Part shown: positions 48,856-59,219 of the stretch, piece after piece
How the letters are laid out: each line of letters begins with the position of its first letter
How positions within the stretch are numbered: the stretch's first letter is position 1
Source of the DNA: an uncultured Chloroflexia bacterium
Lineage (GTDB): Bacteria > Chloroflexota > Limnocylindria > Limnocylindrales > CSP1-4
Reading direction: 5' to 3'
Assembly: GCA_963712745.1 (NCBI GenBank)
Contig: CAVQJC010000017.1
Coordinates: forward strand, 64,001 to 128,000
Length of the DNA stretch: 64,000 nt
The notes under the pieces: model-generated
Told to the model about the DNA's origin: nothing
Database searches by the model: none
Seen by the model: the letters and a program-made list of their open reading frames with translations, nothing else
Made by a program: the position numbers and the translations under genes

Positions 48856-51800
48856 ATGGTCGAAAGCATCCACGTCAACCTGCACACGCACACCTCGCAC
48901 AGCGACGGTGCGCTCACGCCCGGCGCGCTGGCCCAGCGTCTGGCCGATGCCGGCGTGCGCTACGCCTCGCTCTGCGACCACGACACGGTCGCGGGCTGGC
49001 CTGCGTTCCGGGACGCGTTGGATGCACACGACATCCCCGCCCTCCCCGGCATCGAGCTGACGACCGTCCACGGCGGACGGCTGCTCCACCTCGTGGCCTA
49101 CGGGTTCGACCCCGACCATCCCGAGCTCCGCTCGACGCTGGGCTCGATGCGCGAGCGCCGGAGCGCCCATGCGCACGGCCTCGAGGCATCGCTCCGCGCT
49201 GCCCACGATTACGCCGCGGCTGACCAGGCCGTCCTCAGTGCCGCTCCCGATGGCCAGCTCGAGGTCGGGGCTGCCATCGCCCTGCTCCATCGTGCCGGCG
49301 GCCACGCGTTTCTGGCACATCCACTGGTCTACGAGCGCGAGATCAGCCTGCTCGAGCCGCTGGTGCTGGAGCTCAAGGGACTGGGCCTCGACGGCATCGA
49401 GGCGGTGTACGACGAGTTCAGCCCGGACGAGCAGACGGCGCTGCGAGAGCTTGCCCACGAGCACGACCTGCTGGTCAGCGCCGGGACCGACTACCACGGG
49501 ATCAAGGGCCTGGGCAGCTCGGCGCTCGGCATCGACATGCCCGGCGAGGACTGGGATCGGTTCCGCGCGGCCATGTTCGATGGCCACGCCCTGACTTCGG
49601 GCCGGCACGCCTCGGCGTCGGCCTCCGCTACCGGCACCCCGGCGTCATCCCCCGCCGAGAGCGGCGCCGGTCCGGGGCACGTGAGCCGGCGGCCGTTCGT
49701 CCTGCGCGTGGTCCTGCCGGCGCTCGCCGCGCTGGCCCTCTTCCTGGTCGCGGTCTGGGGACTGCTGCTGCCGTCCTTCGAGCAGACGCTCGTCGATCGC
49801 AAGCGCGAGCTGATCCGCGAGCTCACCAACTCGGCCTGGAGCGTGCTGGCGGCCTACCACGCCGACGAACAGGCTGGGACGCTGACGCGCGAGGAGGCAC
49901 AGGCTGCGGCCGCCAGCGTGGTGTCCGAGCTGCGCTACGGCGAGGCAGGGCTCGACTACTTCTGGATCCAGGACACCACGCCCACGATGGTCCGCCATCC
50001 CTATCGATCCGACCTCGACGGTGAGGACCTCAGCGGCTTCAAGGACCCGCGCGGCGTGCCTATCTTCGTCGAGTTCGCCGAGCTGGTCGAAGCCGAGGAC
50101 GAGGGCTACGTCGACTACGTCTGGCAGTGGTTCGACGACCCCGAACGCCTCGAACCCAAGCAGTCGTACGTCAAGGGCTTCGAGCCCTGGGGCTGGATCA
50201 TCGGCACCGGGCTGTACGTGGACGATGTGCAGGCGGAGATCGATCGCATCGAACGCGACGTCATCTTCGCGGCCTTGGGCATCTCCGGGCTCATCGCGCT
50301 GCTGCTGCTGTTCGTGCTGCAGCAGAGCCTGCGCATCGAGCGTCGTCGCGAGGAGGGCGTGGAGCGGCTGCGCGCTTCGAACGCCCGCTACCAGGCCCTG
50401 GCTGAAGCCACCTCCGAGGGCACGCTGCTGGTCATCGACGGCCGACTCCGCTATGCCAACCCCACCCTCCTCGAGATGCTCGGCTACACCGCGCGGCAGC
50501 TGGAGTTCCTCGAGCTCGACGACGTCATGCCTCGTGGGCAGGGCAACGACGAGCTGTGGACGGTACTGGACACGGGTGGGCTCGAGTCGGAGCTCATGGG
50601 GGCGGCGCGCGAGGGCGTGCTCACGCGTTCCGACGGGGATCCAGTGGAATGCCTGCTGACGCTGGAGCCGGTCGAGTTCGGTGGCCGGGCCGGGAACATC
50701 CTGCTCGCTCGCGACATCACGGCCTCGGGGGGCGCTCCGCGTGAGATCACAGTGCTTGGTACGGCGGTCGGCGTGTTCCGGTCAGCGGTCGCCCGGCGCG
50801 CCGTGTTCGTCGAGCTCAGTCCGGCCGGACGCGAGCTGCTGGCCCTGGTCACGGCCGGGGAGGGAGGACAGCTGGCCCTGGCCGACTGTTTCGCCGACCC
50901 CGCCGAGTTCGGCCAGGTGTACCGCCGGCTGGTCGAGCTCGGAGAGGTGCGAGATCACGTCCTGACCGTCGACACCGCACGTGGAGCTCGCTCGGTCTTG
51001 CTATCGGCCGCGCTCCTGCGCGACGACGAGGGGGAACCTGCCTGGATCGACGGACTGCTCGTCGATGTCACCGCGGCGCGCGGGGAAGCGGCCGACCGCG
51101 AGGTCCAGCAGCTCCGCGCCTCGCTGCTGTTCCTGCACGAGACCATCGAGGACTTGGGACAGGAGCCGCTGGTGGTACCGATGGGCTCGAGCCTCGATGC
51201 CATGGCCGCCAGCATGACCGAGCGCGGGGCTACGGCCGCGCTGGTGGCGAGCGAGTCGGGCCCGGCCATCGGCATCGTCACCGACGCGGACATCCGTGCG
51301 CGCGTGGTGGCGGAGGGAGCCGACCCGCGGGCGCGCGTGGAGACCGTCATGACCGCGCCGCTCATCCGCGTGCCTTCCAGTGCGCCCGTGTACGACGCCC
51401 TGTCGCGCATGGAGCTGGCCGGTGTTCGTCACCTCGTGGTGGAGGATGCGACCGGGGCCATCGTGCGCGTCGTCGACAAGGACGCGCTCATCCGCTCGCC
51501 GCGGTACGCGCCGCTCGTGCTGCTCCGAGACATCGCCCGTGCCAGGGATGTCGAGGAGGTCGCCCGTCGCTGCGAGCGCACGGTCTCGGCCGCGGCCAGC
51601 CTCTCCCAAAGCAGCGCTCGGCCACGCCACGTGAACAGCATGCTGACCTCGGTCTTCGACGCGGCCACCGTGCGCCTGGTCGAGCTGGCCATCGACGCGC
51701 TCGGGCCCGCACCCGCGCCATTCGCCTTCGTCGCCTTCGGCAGCCAGGGCCGGGGAGAAGTGCACCTCTCCTCCGACCAGGACCACGGGCTCATCTACGG

Positions 51801-52542
51801 ACCCGCTGACGGAGACGACGAGGCTCAGGCCGGATACTTCCTGGGTCTTGGCGAGCGAGTGTCGGCCGGCCTGGCCGCGGCCGGCTACCCCTACTGTCGC
51901 GGAAGGGTCATGGCCTCTGAGGCGGCCTGGTGCCGGTCGTTGCCCGGCTGGATCGAGACCTACGACGCGTGGCTCCGTCAGGCCCAGCCCCAGGACATCA
52001 CCGACCTCTCGGTATTCCTCGACTTCCGCCTGGTGGTGGGCGATGCGGGGCTGGCGGGGGAGCTGCGCCGCCACGTGCATTCGACGCTGCCCGAACAGCG
52101 CGGAGTGCAGTACCTGCTGGCCCGCAACGCGCTCACCTTCCGTCCGCCGCTGCGCCTGCCGGGCAACATCTACCTCGGCGGTGCCTCCGAGTCGAGCGGA
52201 CGCTTCGAGCTCAAGGACGCGCTGCAACCGATCGTCGCCTTCGCGCGGGTCGCTGCCGAACGCCACCAGGTGGTCGCCACGCATACGCTCGAGCGCATCG
52301 CGGCCCTGGCCGAACGCGACCTGCTGCAGTCCGGCAGCCGGGAGGAGGTCACCGATGCGTACGACTTCCTCATGGGTCTCCGCCTGGAAGCACAGCTGGC
52401 CGATGTGCGCGCCGGGCGAGAGCCTGCGAGCGTGGTCGAGCTCGCCGGGCTGACCTCCATCCAGCGCGAGCTGTTGCGCCAGGCGTTCGGCGCCATCGGC
52501 GAGGTCCAGAAGACCGCCGAGCGAGAGTTCCCCGAGGCCTGA
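48856..52542 (+). CDS. PHP-TM-sCache-TM-PAS-PAS-CBS-DUF294 nucleotidyltransferase multidomain protein
   Basis: PHP: LHTHTSHSDG, DHD, GIE, AHP, GTDYHG; Cache: DYFWI..HP..KDP.G..YVKGFEPWGWIIGTG; CBS pair; NT: GSQGRGE..SSDQDHG, GRVMAS. Confidence 0.85.
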   Translation: MVESIHVNLHTHTSHSDGALTPGALAQRLADAGVRYASLCDHDTVAGWPAFRDALDAHDIPALPGIELTTVHGGRLLHLVAYGFDPDHPELRSTLGSMRERRSAHAHGLEASLRAAHDYAAADQAVLSAAPDGQLEVGAAIALLHRAGGHAFLAHPLVYEREISLLEPLVLELKGLGLDGIEAVYDEFSPDEQTALRELAHEHDLLVSAGTDYHGIKGLGSSALGIDMPGEDWDRFRAAMFDGHALTSGRHASASASATGTPASSPAESGAGPGHVSRRPFVLRVVLPALAALALFLVAVWGLLLPSFEQTLVDRKRELIRELTNSAWSVLAAYHADEQAGTLTREEAQAAAASVVSELRYGEAGLDYFWIQDTTPTMVRHPYRSDLDGEDLSGFKDPRGVPIFVEFAELVEAEDEGYVDYVWQWFDDPERLEPKQSYVKGFEPWGWIIGTGLYVDDVQAEIDRIERDVIFAALGISGLIALLLLFVLQQSLRIERRREEGVERLRASNARYQALAEATSEGTLLVIDGRLRYANPTLLEMLGYTARQLEFLELDDVMPRGQGNDELWTVLDTGGLESELMGAAREGVLTRSDGDPVECLLTLEPVEFGGRAGNILLARDITASGGAPREITVLGTAVGVFRSAVARRAVFVELSPAGRELLALVTAGEGGQLALADCFADPAEFGQVYRRLVELGEVRDHVLTVDTARGARSVLLSAALLRDDEGEPAWIDGLLVDVTAARGEAADREVQQLRASLLFLHETIEDLGQEPLVVPMGSSLDAMAASMTERGATAALVASESGPAIGIVTDADIRARVVAEGADPRARVETVMTAPLIRVPSSAPVYDALSRMELAGVRHLVVEDATGAIVRVVDKDALIRSPRYAPLVLLRDIARARDVEEVARRCERTVSAAASLSQSSARPRHVNSMLTSVFDAATVRLVELAIDALGPAPAPFAFVAFGSQGRGEVHLSSDQDHGLIYGPADGDDEAQAGYFLGLGERVSAGLAAAGYPYCRGRVMASEAAWCRSLPGWIETYDAWLRQAQPQDITDLSVFLDFRLVVGDAGLAGELRRHVHSTLPEQRGVQYLLARNALTFRPPLRLPGNIYLGGASESSGRFELKDALQPIVAFARVAAERHQVVATHTLERIAALAERDLLQSGSREEVTDAYDFLMGLRLEAQLADVRAGREPASVVELAGLTSIQRELLRQAFGAIGEVQKTAEREFPEA

Positions 52543-52769
52543 GGGGCCCGCCGGTCCTACGCTGGCTCGCGAGCGGCTCGCGGACGCTGGCGCCCAGGAC
52601 CGGCAAGTCAGACGAGCTGCGGATGGGCTCCTCGACCGGCCGCGACCGTGGCCTCAGCTCGGCATGGGCTAGAGTCAGGGAGTAGACGTGCTAGATCGGT
52701 GCCCCGCAGACGACCGACGCCAAGTCTGCGAGACGGAGTACGGCCGATCCCCCACAACACACGTCCCCG

Positions 52770-54026
52770 ATGACAGCTGTCGCTGTCGCCACGCTGCCCT
52801 GGCGCCAGTTCGCCGGCTGGCGCATCGCCGCCCTGGCGACCATCACCGCGGCCCTGACCGGTCCCGGCCAGACCGTCGGTGTCTCGGTCTTCGTGGACCC
52901 CATGATCGGGGCGCTCGACCTCACGCGCTCCGAGCTGTCCACGGCCTACCTCATCGGCACGCTCATCGGTGCGTTCGCGCTGATGCCCGTGGGCCGCTGG
53001 ATCGACCAGGTCGGGACCCGACGTGCGATGACGCTCATCGGCCTGGCCTTTGGTGGCGGCCTGCTGGTCATGAGCGGCGTGCAGGGATTCGTGACGCTGG
53101 CCCTGGGCTTCACGCTCATCCGCTGGCTGGGACAGGGGTCGCTGCAGCTGGTGAGCACGCTCGCCATCACGCCCTGGTTCGAACGCCGGCGCGGCTTCGC
53201 CTTCGGGCTGTCCACGACGGCCACGGCGATGCTCATGTCGTTCACGCCCATCCTGCTCGGCATCGCCATCGGTCTCTTCGATTGGCGCATCGCGTGGGTC
53301 CTCGCGGCCTTCGCAGTCTGGCTCGTCGTCGTGCCCATCGCGCGCTTCGGCCTCATCGACCGACCATCCGACGTGGGCCAGTATGCCGACGGTGATCCTG
53401 CGCCCCATCCATCGGCGGAACCGCGACCGGTCGCCATCGCGCACACCAGGCGCGAGGCGCTTCGCCAGCCCCGGTTCTGGCTGCTGAGCTTCGTCATCGC
53501 CACCACGGCCATGCTCGGCACGGCTCTCAACTTCCACCAGATCTCGATCCTCGGCGACCAGGGCCTGACGGTCACCGAGGCTGCGGCCATGTTCCTGCCG
53601 CAGATCCTGGGCATGCTCGTGGCCGGACTGATCGTGGGGGCACTGGCCGACCGGGTCGCGGCCCGGTTCCTGCTGCTCGCGTCGATGGCGCTACTGGCGC
53701 TGAGCCTGGTGCTGGCCGCGTTCCTGTCGCCCGGTCCGATGATCCTGGTGTACGCCATCCTGCTCGGCGCCGCCGGTGGATCCAGCCGTCCGCTGATGGC
53801 CACGCTGCTGCCGCGCTGGTATGGGCTAGCGCATATCGGCTCCATCCAGGGCGTGGCCGCGCTGGTCGTGGTCGGGGCATCGTCGGCTGGGCCGGTGGTG
53901 CTCTCGCTGGCCAGCGACTCCATCGACGGCTACGGACCCGCCGCCCTCCTGCTGGTGGCCATGCCCGTGGTCATCGGCCTGGCTGCGCTGACCATCTCCG
54001 AGCCGGAGTTCAGGCCTCAACCGTAG
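52770..54026 (+). CDS. MFS transporter
   Basis: GPGQT, GRWIDQVGTR, WFERRRG, GALADR; about 12 TM segments. Confidence 0.9.
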   Translation: MTAVAVATLPWRQFAGWRIAALATITAALTGPGQTVGVSVFVDPMIGALDLTRSELSTAYLIGTLIGAFALMPVGRWIDQVGTRRAMTLIGLAFGGGLLVMSGVQGFVTLALGFTLIRWLGQGSLQLVSTLAITPWFERRRGFAFGLSTTATAMLMSFTPILLGIAIGLFDWRIAWVLAAFAVWLVVVPIARFGLIDRPSDVGQYADGDPAPHPSAEPRPVAIAHTRREALRQPRFWLLSFVIATTAMLGTALNFHQISILGDQGLTVTEAAAMFLPQILGMLVAGLIVGALADRVAARFLLLASMALLALSLVLAAFLSPGPMILVYAILLGAAGGSSRPLMATLLPRWYGLAHIGSIQGVAALVVVGASSAGPVVLSLASDSIDGYGPAALLLVAMPVVIGLAALTISEPEFRPQP

Positions 54027-54074
54027 TCCGGCAGCCATGGCCCCGGCGCCTCGATCTCCTTCCGCGCGAACCGC

Positions 54075-54132
54075 TTGACAAGCCCCTGCGCATCGCTATA
54101 CTTCGACAAAGACTCTACAAAGTCTATACAGC
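54075..54132 (+). promoter_or_regulatory. Sigma70-like promoter with downstream operator-like repeats
   Basis: TTGACA (54075)-16 nt-TATACT (54097); then gacaaagactc/tacaaagtcta/tacag. Confidence 0.7.
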
Positions 54133-54168
54133 TAGGAACGAAGCAAGAGCGGAACAGGGAGACATCAC

Positions 54169-56700
54169 GTGTTCGAATGGATCGCGAGCGGGTTCGCTCG
54201 CTTCACGACGCGGCGTCCGTGGCTCGCGATCATCGCGGTCCTCGCCGTCGCCATCGGCCTCAGTGCCATGGGTCGCCCGGAGATGTCCAACGACAGCTCC
54301 GAGTTCGCCCCCGACGACCCCGCCATCGCCGCGTCGGAGCGCATCGAGACGCTGTTCGGTGAGGATTCGACGGTCACGCCCCTGCAGATCGTGCTGGTCT
54401 CGGAGTCGGGAGACATCGTCACCACCGACGGTCTCGCGGCTGCGACCGGTGTGGCCGAGGCCATCGAGTCCGTCGAGATCGACGGCGTCCGCCTGGCCGA
54501 CAGGCTCGTCGAGCAGCCCGGCGTGGGCGCCATCACCTCATTCATGACGCCGGTGGACGCGGCTGTCGCCAGCGGCGCACCCATGCCCACCACCGACGCC
54601 GAGGTCAAGGCCATGGTCGAAGCCGGCCTGGAGCGTGCTCCGGCCGCTCAGGCCGAGCTGCTCTCGAGTCTCTTCGAGGGTGGACTCGAGTCGGGCAGCA
54701 CCGCCGCCAGCGGCCTGATGCTGGCGTTCGTGGAGAGCCCCGTCAACGCCGAGGAGTCGGCCCTGCTGGTCGAGCTCCAGGGTCAGCTCGATGCTGCTCT
54801 CCAGTCGGCCAGCTTCGCTGACGTCTCCACCCTCCCGTTCTCCATCCAGCTCATCCAGAAGGCCGGCGAGGACTCTGCCATCGAGATCCCTCTGCTGCTC
54901 TTCGCTGCCATCGGCATCATCGGCCTGGCGATGCTCTTCGTGTTCTGGACCAGTGCTCCCATGCGCCGCTTCCAGCGGGTTCGCCGCACGGCCGCCGACA
55001 CGCTCCTGGCCCTGCTCGTGGTCATCTTCGCCATCACCACCACCGACGGCGCGGCTGTCCTGCTCGGCCCAGGCGGGCTGGGCCTCATCGGCAACGTCTC
55101 CGGCCCCAGCTCGATCGTCTCCATCCTCCTGGTCGGCCTGGGCGTCGACTACGCCATCCATCTCAACTCTGCCTACCGCAAGGGTCTGGGCACCGGAGCG
55201 TCGGTCCAGACCGCGATGTCACGCAGCGTGCGCATCGTGGGCGGCGCCCTGGTCCTCTCTGCCCTTACCACGTCTTTCGGCTTCCTGACCAACGTCTTCG
55301 CGGGCTCGACCGCGCTGCTGACCTTCGGCGTCCTGGCCACCGTCGGCATCGTCGCTGCCTTCGTCTACGCCACCCTGCTCTTCCCTGCGGCCCGCGTCCT
55401 GCTCGACCGACGAGCGGCCTCGGCCGACAAGCTGCCGGCCGAGGCTTTCGCCACGTCCGAGGCCAGCTGGATCGACCGACTGACCGGTGCCACGGCGGTC
55501 ATCCCGCGGCGCGCGCCCTGGGCCGCCGTCGGCATCGCAGCGGTGCTGCTGATGGCCGGCATCTTCACCGCCACCAATCTCCGGTCGGGCTTCAGCTTCC
55601 TCGACTTCGTGCCTGAGGGCGCAGCCGTCCGAGCTGCGGCGGCTGAACTCGAAGACCGCTTCGACGGCGGCCTCGGCGAGACCACCAGCGTCATCGTCGA
55701 CGGCGACATCACCGAGCCTGCGGCCTGGAACGCCACGCTCGCCGCGACTGCCGCTGCCGGGTCGTTCGCGGACATCGTCGACATCGACGGCCAGCCGCTC
55801 GTCCAGTCACCGCAGGAACTCGTCGCTTCACTGACCACGGCCGGGTCGCCCGCGTTCGACCCGGCGGTCACGGCAGCGGTCGCGGCTGCGGGGCTCGACG
55901 CCTCGCTGGAGGCTTCTGCCGACGCGGACCTCGCTTCGGTGCTCGAGGCCGTGCGGTCGGTCGCGCCTGCCGAGCTCGCCGCGGTGTACACCTCTGAAGC
56001 GTCGCTCTACACCTTCACCAGCCAGGCCGGGACCGATGGCGCGCTCCAGCTCGCTGCCGATCTCGAGGCGGCGTTCGGCGCCGCATCCGTCGCGACCTCG
56101 CAGGAGATCATCGACGCCGCGGTGGTCGAAAGCACCTCGGTCACGCAGGTGCAGAGCCTCATCCTCGCGCTGCTCGGCGCCGGGGCACTGCTGATGCTGA
56201 ACTACTTCGTCTCTGACCGACGCCCGATGCTGGGCCTGCTCACCATCGTCCCGGTCGGTGGCGTGGTCATCCTGCTCTACGCCTTCATGGTCCTGGTGGG
56301 CATCGAGTTCGGTCCGGTCACGGCCACGCTGGCCGCGGTGGTCATCGGCGTCGGCGTCGACTACACCATCCACGTCACGCATCGGTTCCAGGAGTTCCGG
56401 CGCGAGGGCCTCGGCGTGGACCGGGCCATCACCGAGACGCTCGGCACCACCGGGTCGGCACTGCTGGCCTCGGCCGTCACGACCAGCCTTGGCTTCGCCA
56501 TCCTGACGCAGTCGTCGCTGATCCCCTTCCAGCAGCTGGGCTGGCTGACCCTCGTGGCCATCGCCGGTTCTGCCCTGGTCTCGGTGCTGGTGCTGCCCTC
56601 GATGCTGACCATCTACGCCCGCCGCTCCGAGCGCTCCTCCCAGGAGCCCGAGGGCGAGGCCATCCCGGTGCTCAGCGGCACCAGCCAGTCCCAGGCCTGA
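54169..56700 (+). CDS. MMPL/RND family transporter
   Basis: Two RND repeats: GLGVDYAIH and GVGVDYTIH, SALTTSFGF, SAVTTSLGF. Confidence 0.9.
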   Translation: MFEWIASGFARFTTRRPWLAIIAVLAVAIGLSAMGRPEMSNDSSEFAPDDPAIAASERIETLFGEDSTVTPLQIVLVSESGDIVTTDGLAAATGVAEAIESVEIDGVRLADRLVEQPGVGAITSFMTPVDAAVASGAPMPTTDAEVKAMVEAGLERAPAAQAELLSSLFEGGLESGSTAASGLMLAFVESPVNAEESALLVELQGQLDAALQSASFADVSTLPFSIQLIQKAGEDSAIEIPLLLFAAIGIIGLAMLFVFWTSAPMRRFQRVRRTAADTLLALLVVIFAITTTDGAAVLLGPGGLGLIGNVSGPSSIVSILLVGLGVDYAIHLNSAYRKGLGTGASVQTAMSRSVRIVGGALVLSALTTSFGFLTNVFAGSTALLTFGVLATVGIVAAFVYATLLFPAARVLLDRRAASADKLPAEAFATSEASWIDRLTGATAVIPRRAPWAAVGIAAVLLMAGIFTATNLRSGFSFLDFVPEGAAVRAAAAELEDRFDGGLGETTSVIVDGDITEPAAWNATLAATAAAGSFADIVDIDGQPLVQSPQELVASLTTAGSPAFDPAVTAAVAAAGLDASLEASADADLASVLEAVRSVAPAELAAVYTSEASLYTFTSQAGTDGALQLAADLEAAFGAASVATSQEIIDAAVVESTSVTQVQSLILALLGAGALLMLNYFVSDRRPMLGLLTIVPVGGVVILLYAFMVLVGIEFGPVTATLAAVVIGVGVDYTIHVTHRFQEFRREGLGVDRAITETLGTTGSALLASAVTTSLGFAILTQSSLIPFQQLGWLTLVAIAGSALVSVLVLPSMLTIYARRSERSSQEPEGEAIPVLSGTSQSQA

Positions 56701-56728
56701 TCCGCTTATCCCTCCACGGTATCCACCG

Positions 56729-56759
56729 GGCCCAGCCCTACCTCTCCGGGGCTGGGCCT
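56729..56759 (+). terminator. GC-rich hairpin after the MMPL gene
   Basis: ggcccagccc..gggctgggcc. Confidence 0.5.
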
Positions 56760-56855
56760 CGGTGATTCTCGCGCGAAGTTGGGGAATATCGACTAGAGCG
56801 CTTCCCCTTTAGGTGCAGAGCCGGGACAATCCCGGTTCAGACACGAGGGAGCGAC

Positions 56856-57419
56856 GTGGACGAGCAGCTCGTTCGCCTGGCGCAGGGTGGGGACCAGGAG
56901 GCCTTTCGGTCGCTGGTCGTCGCTAACCATGCGCGCCTGCTTCGTGTGGCCCAGGGCGTACTGCGCGACCCGCATGTCGCCGAGGACGCGGTGCAGCAGG
57001 CCTTCCTCGATATCTGGCGGGACCTCCGCCGCCTGCGCGACGCCGGCAAGTTCGAAGGGTGGAGCTACAAGCTCCTGCTTCGGGTCTGCTATGCCGAGGC
57101 CAGGCGCATGCCGCGGTGGGTGCCCGACAGTCAGATCCCGGCAGCCGCCCGGCCGCGTGTCGGCGACGTCTTGGGCGTCGTCGTCGACCGTGACCAGCTC
57201 TCCCGGGGCTTCCAGCAACTCTCGACCGACCATCGGGCGGTCATCGTCCTGCGCTACCTCATGGACCTGTCTCCGGAGCAGGTCGCGGACGCGCTCGACA
57301 TCCCGCGTAAGACCGTTTACTCCCGCCTCGGCCGAGCCATGGACGCGCTTCGTGCCGCGCTCGAAGCCGAAGACCGATCCGCGATGCCCGTGCCGGTCAG
57401 CCAGGAGCCCGCCTCATGA
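56856..57419 (+). CDS. ECF sigma factor (paralog of 3677)
   Basis: GDQEAF, AEDAVQQAF..WRDL, FEGWSY, DHRAVIVL.Y, KTVYSRL. Confidence 0.92.
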   Translation: MDEQLVRLAQGGDQEAFRSLVVANHARLLRVAQGVLRDPHVAEDAVQQAFLDIWRDLRRLRDAGKFEGWSYKLLLRVCYAEARRMPRWVPDSQIPAAARPRVGDVLGVVVDRDQLSRGFQQLSTDHRAVIVLRYLMDLSPEQVADALDIPRKTVYSRLGRAMDALRAALEAEDRSAMPVPVSQEPAS

Positions 57420-58210
57420 ACGACGAGCGCTTCCTCAAGGACTGGCTGCGGGACACCACCGATGAGCGTTCCGATGCTCACGCAGCCGCCGAACACATCG
57501 TCGCGCGGCTGCCCCGGACGCGGCAACGAAGCCGTTGGTGGCCGCTGCTGCCGAGGCGACGTCGCAGCCCCAGCGAAGACAGGACAACGAACCTCGAAGG
57601 GAGGACCCGACTCATGCTCAGCCCCACCAAGGCCATCGCCGCCGGCGCGCTGGTGTTCCTGACCGGTGGCCTGCTCCTGGTGGCAGCGCCCATCGGGACC
57701 GAACCCGCCGGAGTCCCGGGCGCCCAAGTTTCCGCGGACACGCCGCCTTCGCTGTTCCACGGCCGGGTGTTGCCCGCCTGGACCGAGGTGACACTCGAGT
57801 CGGCGGTCGCCGGCACGCGTGACGACGGCTCGACCTTCGAGTATGGGTCCGGGTGGGTGGGAAGCAGCCTGACGACCAACGACCCACGCATGGGCGGCCG
57901 GCTCGACTGGATGTGGAACGGTGACGAACCACCGGTAGCAGATCCGCCGGCCGAGCTGACGGGCGGCATCGGGACCGTCCTGGTGCGCGTCGCGAACGAC
58001 GGCGGAACGTGGACCGGTAGCACCACCTGGATGAGCCTGGATGACCCCGACTGGGAATCGCTCAGCGGGTGGCTTACCGGAGCCGGTGGCTACGAAGGCC
58101 TGATGGCCTACGTGGCGATGGACGCCAACGACTACGAGGTGATGGGGTACATCACGCCCTATGGCCCGCCACCGGTCCCGGAGGGCTTCCCTCGCGACAG
58201 CGAGACCTAG
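57416..58210 (+). CDS. Putative anti-sigma factor (paralog of 4234)
   Basis: ATGA overlap; RQRSRWW, GRTRLMLSPTKAIAAGALVF, DPRMGG, GYEGL. Confidence 0.72.
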   Translation: MNDERFLKDWLRDTTDERSDAHAAAEHIVARLPRTRQRSRWWPLLPRRRRSPSEDRTTNLEGRTRLMLSPTKAIAAGALVFLTGGLLLVAAPIGTEPAGVPGAQVSADTPPSLFHGRVLPAWTEVTLESAVAGTRDDGSTFEYGSGWVGSSLTTNDPRMGGRLDWMWNGDEPPVADPPAELTGGIGTVLVRVANDGGTWTGSTTWMSLDDPDWESLSGWLTGAGGYEGLMAYVAMDANDYEVMGYITPYGPPPVPEGFPRDSET

Positions 58211-58269
58211 ACGAACGGCCGGGCCCAGCACTCGACGGTGTCGTGGTGCCGGGCCCATGCCGCCCAGAT

Positions 58270-58375
58270 GCCCCGCACGGTGCGCCAGTCGTCCTCACCG
58301 ACGAGCGCGGCATTGCCACGCTTGCCGGTCATGCGGATGGGCTCATGTGACTGCTGCACCTCGTACGCAATGCCG
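58270..58375 (-). pseudogene. YefM-like antitoxin fragment
   Basis: EVQQSHEPIRMTGKRGNAALVGEDDWR. Confidence 0.65.
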
Positions 58376-58397
58376 TCCGCTCGACCACTTGACGGCG

Positions 58398-59219
58398 TCA
58401 GGCCGGCTCGTCGACGAGGCGAGGCATGGCGCCGCGGATCGTGCCGCGGTGGAAGAGGACACGGCCGGAGGCGAGGGACGCGGTCAACCCGGCGGGCTCG
58501 GACCGCAGCAGCTCTCCGCCGGCCTCGAGCACACAGCTGCCGGCCTCGTCGGGCGGCAGCACCGCGATCACCTCGCGTGCCGCGTCGAGCATCCGGTGCC
58601 ACCTGCGCCCCAGGTCGGCAGCATCGGGAGGGTCGCCCTCGAACGTCAGCTGTGCGACTTCCTCGGCGGAGTATCGCCCGCTGCGCGCGGCACCTTCGAT
58701 GATGGCGGCAGGCCCGAAGCCGGGATCCTTGCCCGACGCAGCCCAGGCCAGGTACCCGAGGGGCTGGACCCGCTCGTCACTGGCGACGATATCCACCCAG
58801 TCCCGGACCTCGAGCCGGCCGACCAACGCCAGCACCTTGTTGGTCGCGAGGTCGAAGGGATGCAGCGTGAGCCCGAGCTCGTCGTGCTCCTGGAGCGGGA
58901 AGAAGCGGAACGCGCTGTCACGAGCCCACTCCAGCCGGGCCCGGTCGGAACCGTCGTCGACCTCGACCTCGACCAGCCCGACGCGCTCGCGCAGCACGCG
59001 CACGTCGAGTCCGTCTCGCTCGAGGAGCTTGCGGTCCGCGAGCCAGCTCGACTCGAGCGCTTCGTTCGTGTCGTGGAAGAGGTCGACATCGCGCGAGACC
59101 CGCGACGCCCCGATGAGTTCGTTGAGCGCGACGCCCCCGGCAACGTAGCTCTCGCCCGAAGCGATGCGACTCTCGGCTAGGAGCCGACAGACGCGTCGCT
59201 GGAGTCCTGTGAGAGCCAT
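58398..59219 (-). CDS. AbiEii-like nucleotidyltransferase
   Basis: YVAGGVAL..RVSRDVDLF, DLATNK.LAL.GR.EVRDWVD. Confidence 0.75.
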   Translation of the reverse strand: MALTGLQRRVCRLLAESRIASGESYVAGGVALNELIGASRVSRDVDLFHDTNEALESSWLADRKLLERDGLDVRVLRERVGLVEVEVDDGSDRARLEWARDSAFRFFPLQEHDELGLTLHPFDLATNKVLALVGRLEVRDWVDIVASDERVQPLGYLAWAASGKDPGFGPAAIIEGAARSGRYSAEEVAQLTFEGDPPDAADLGRRWHRMLDAAREVIAVLPPDEAGSCVLEAGGELLRSEPAGLTASLASGRVLFHRGTIRGAMPRLVDEPA

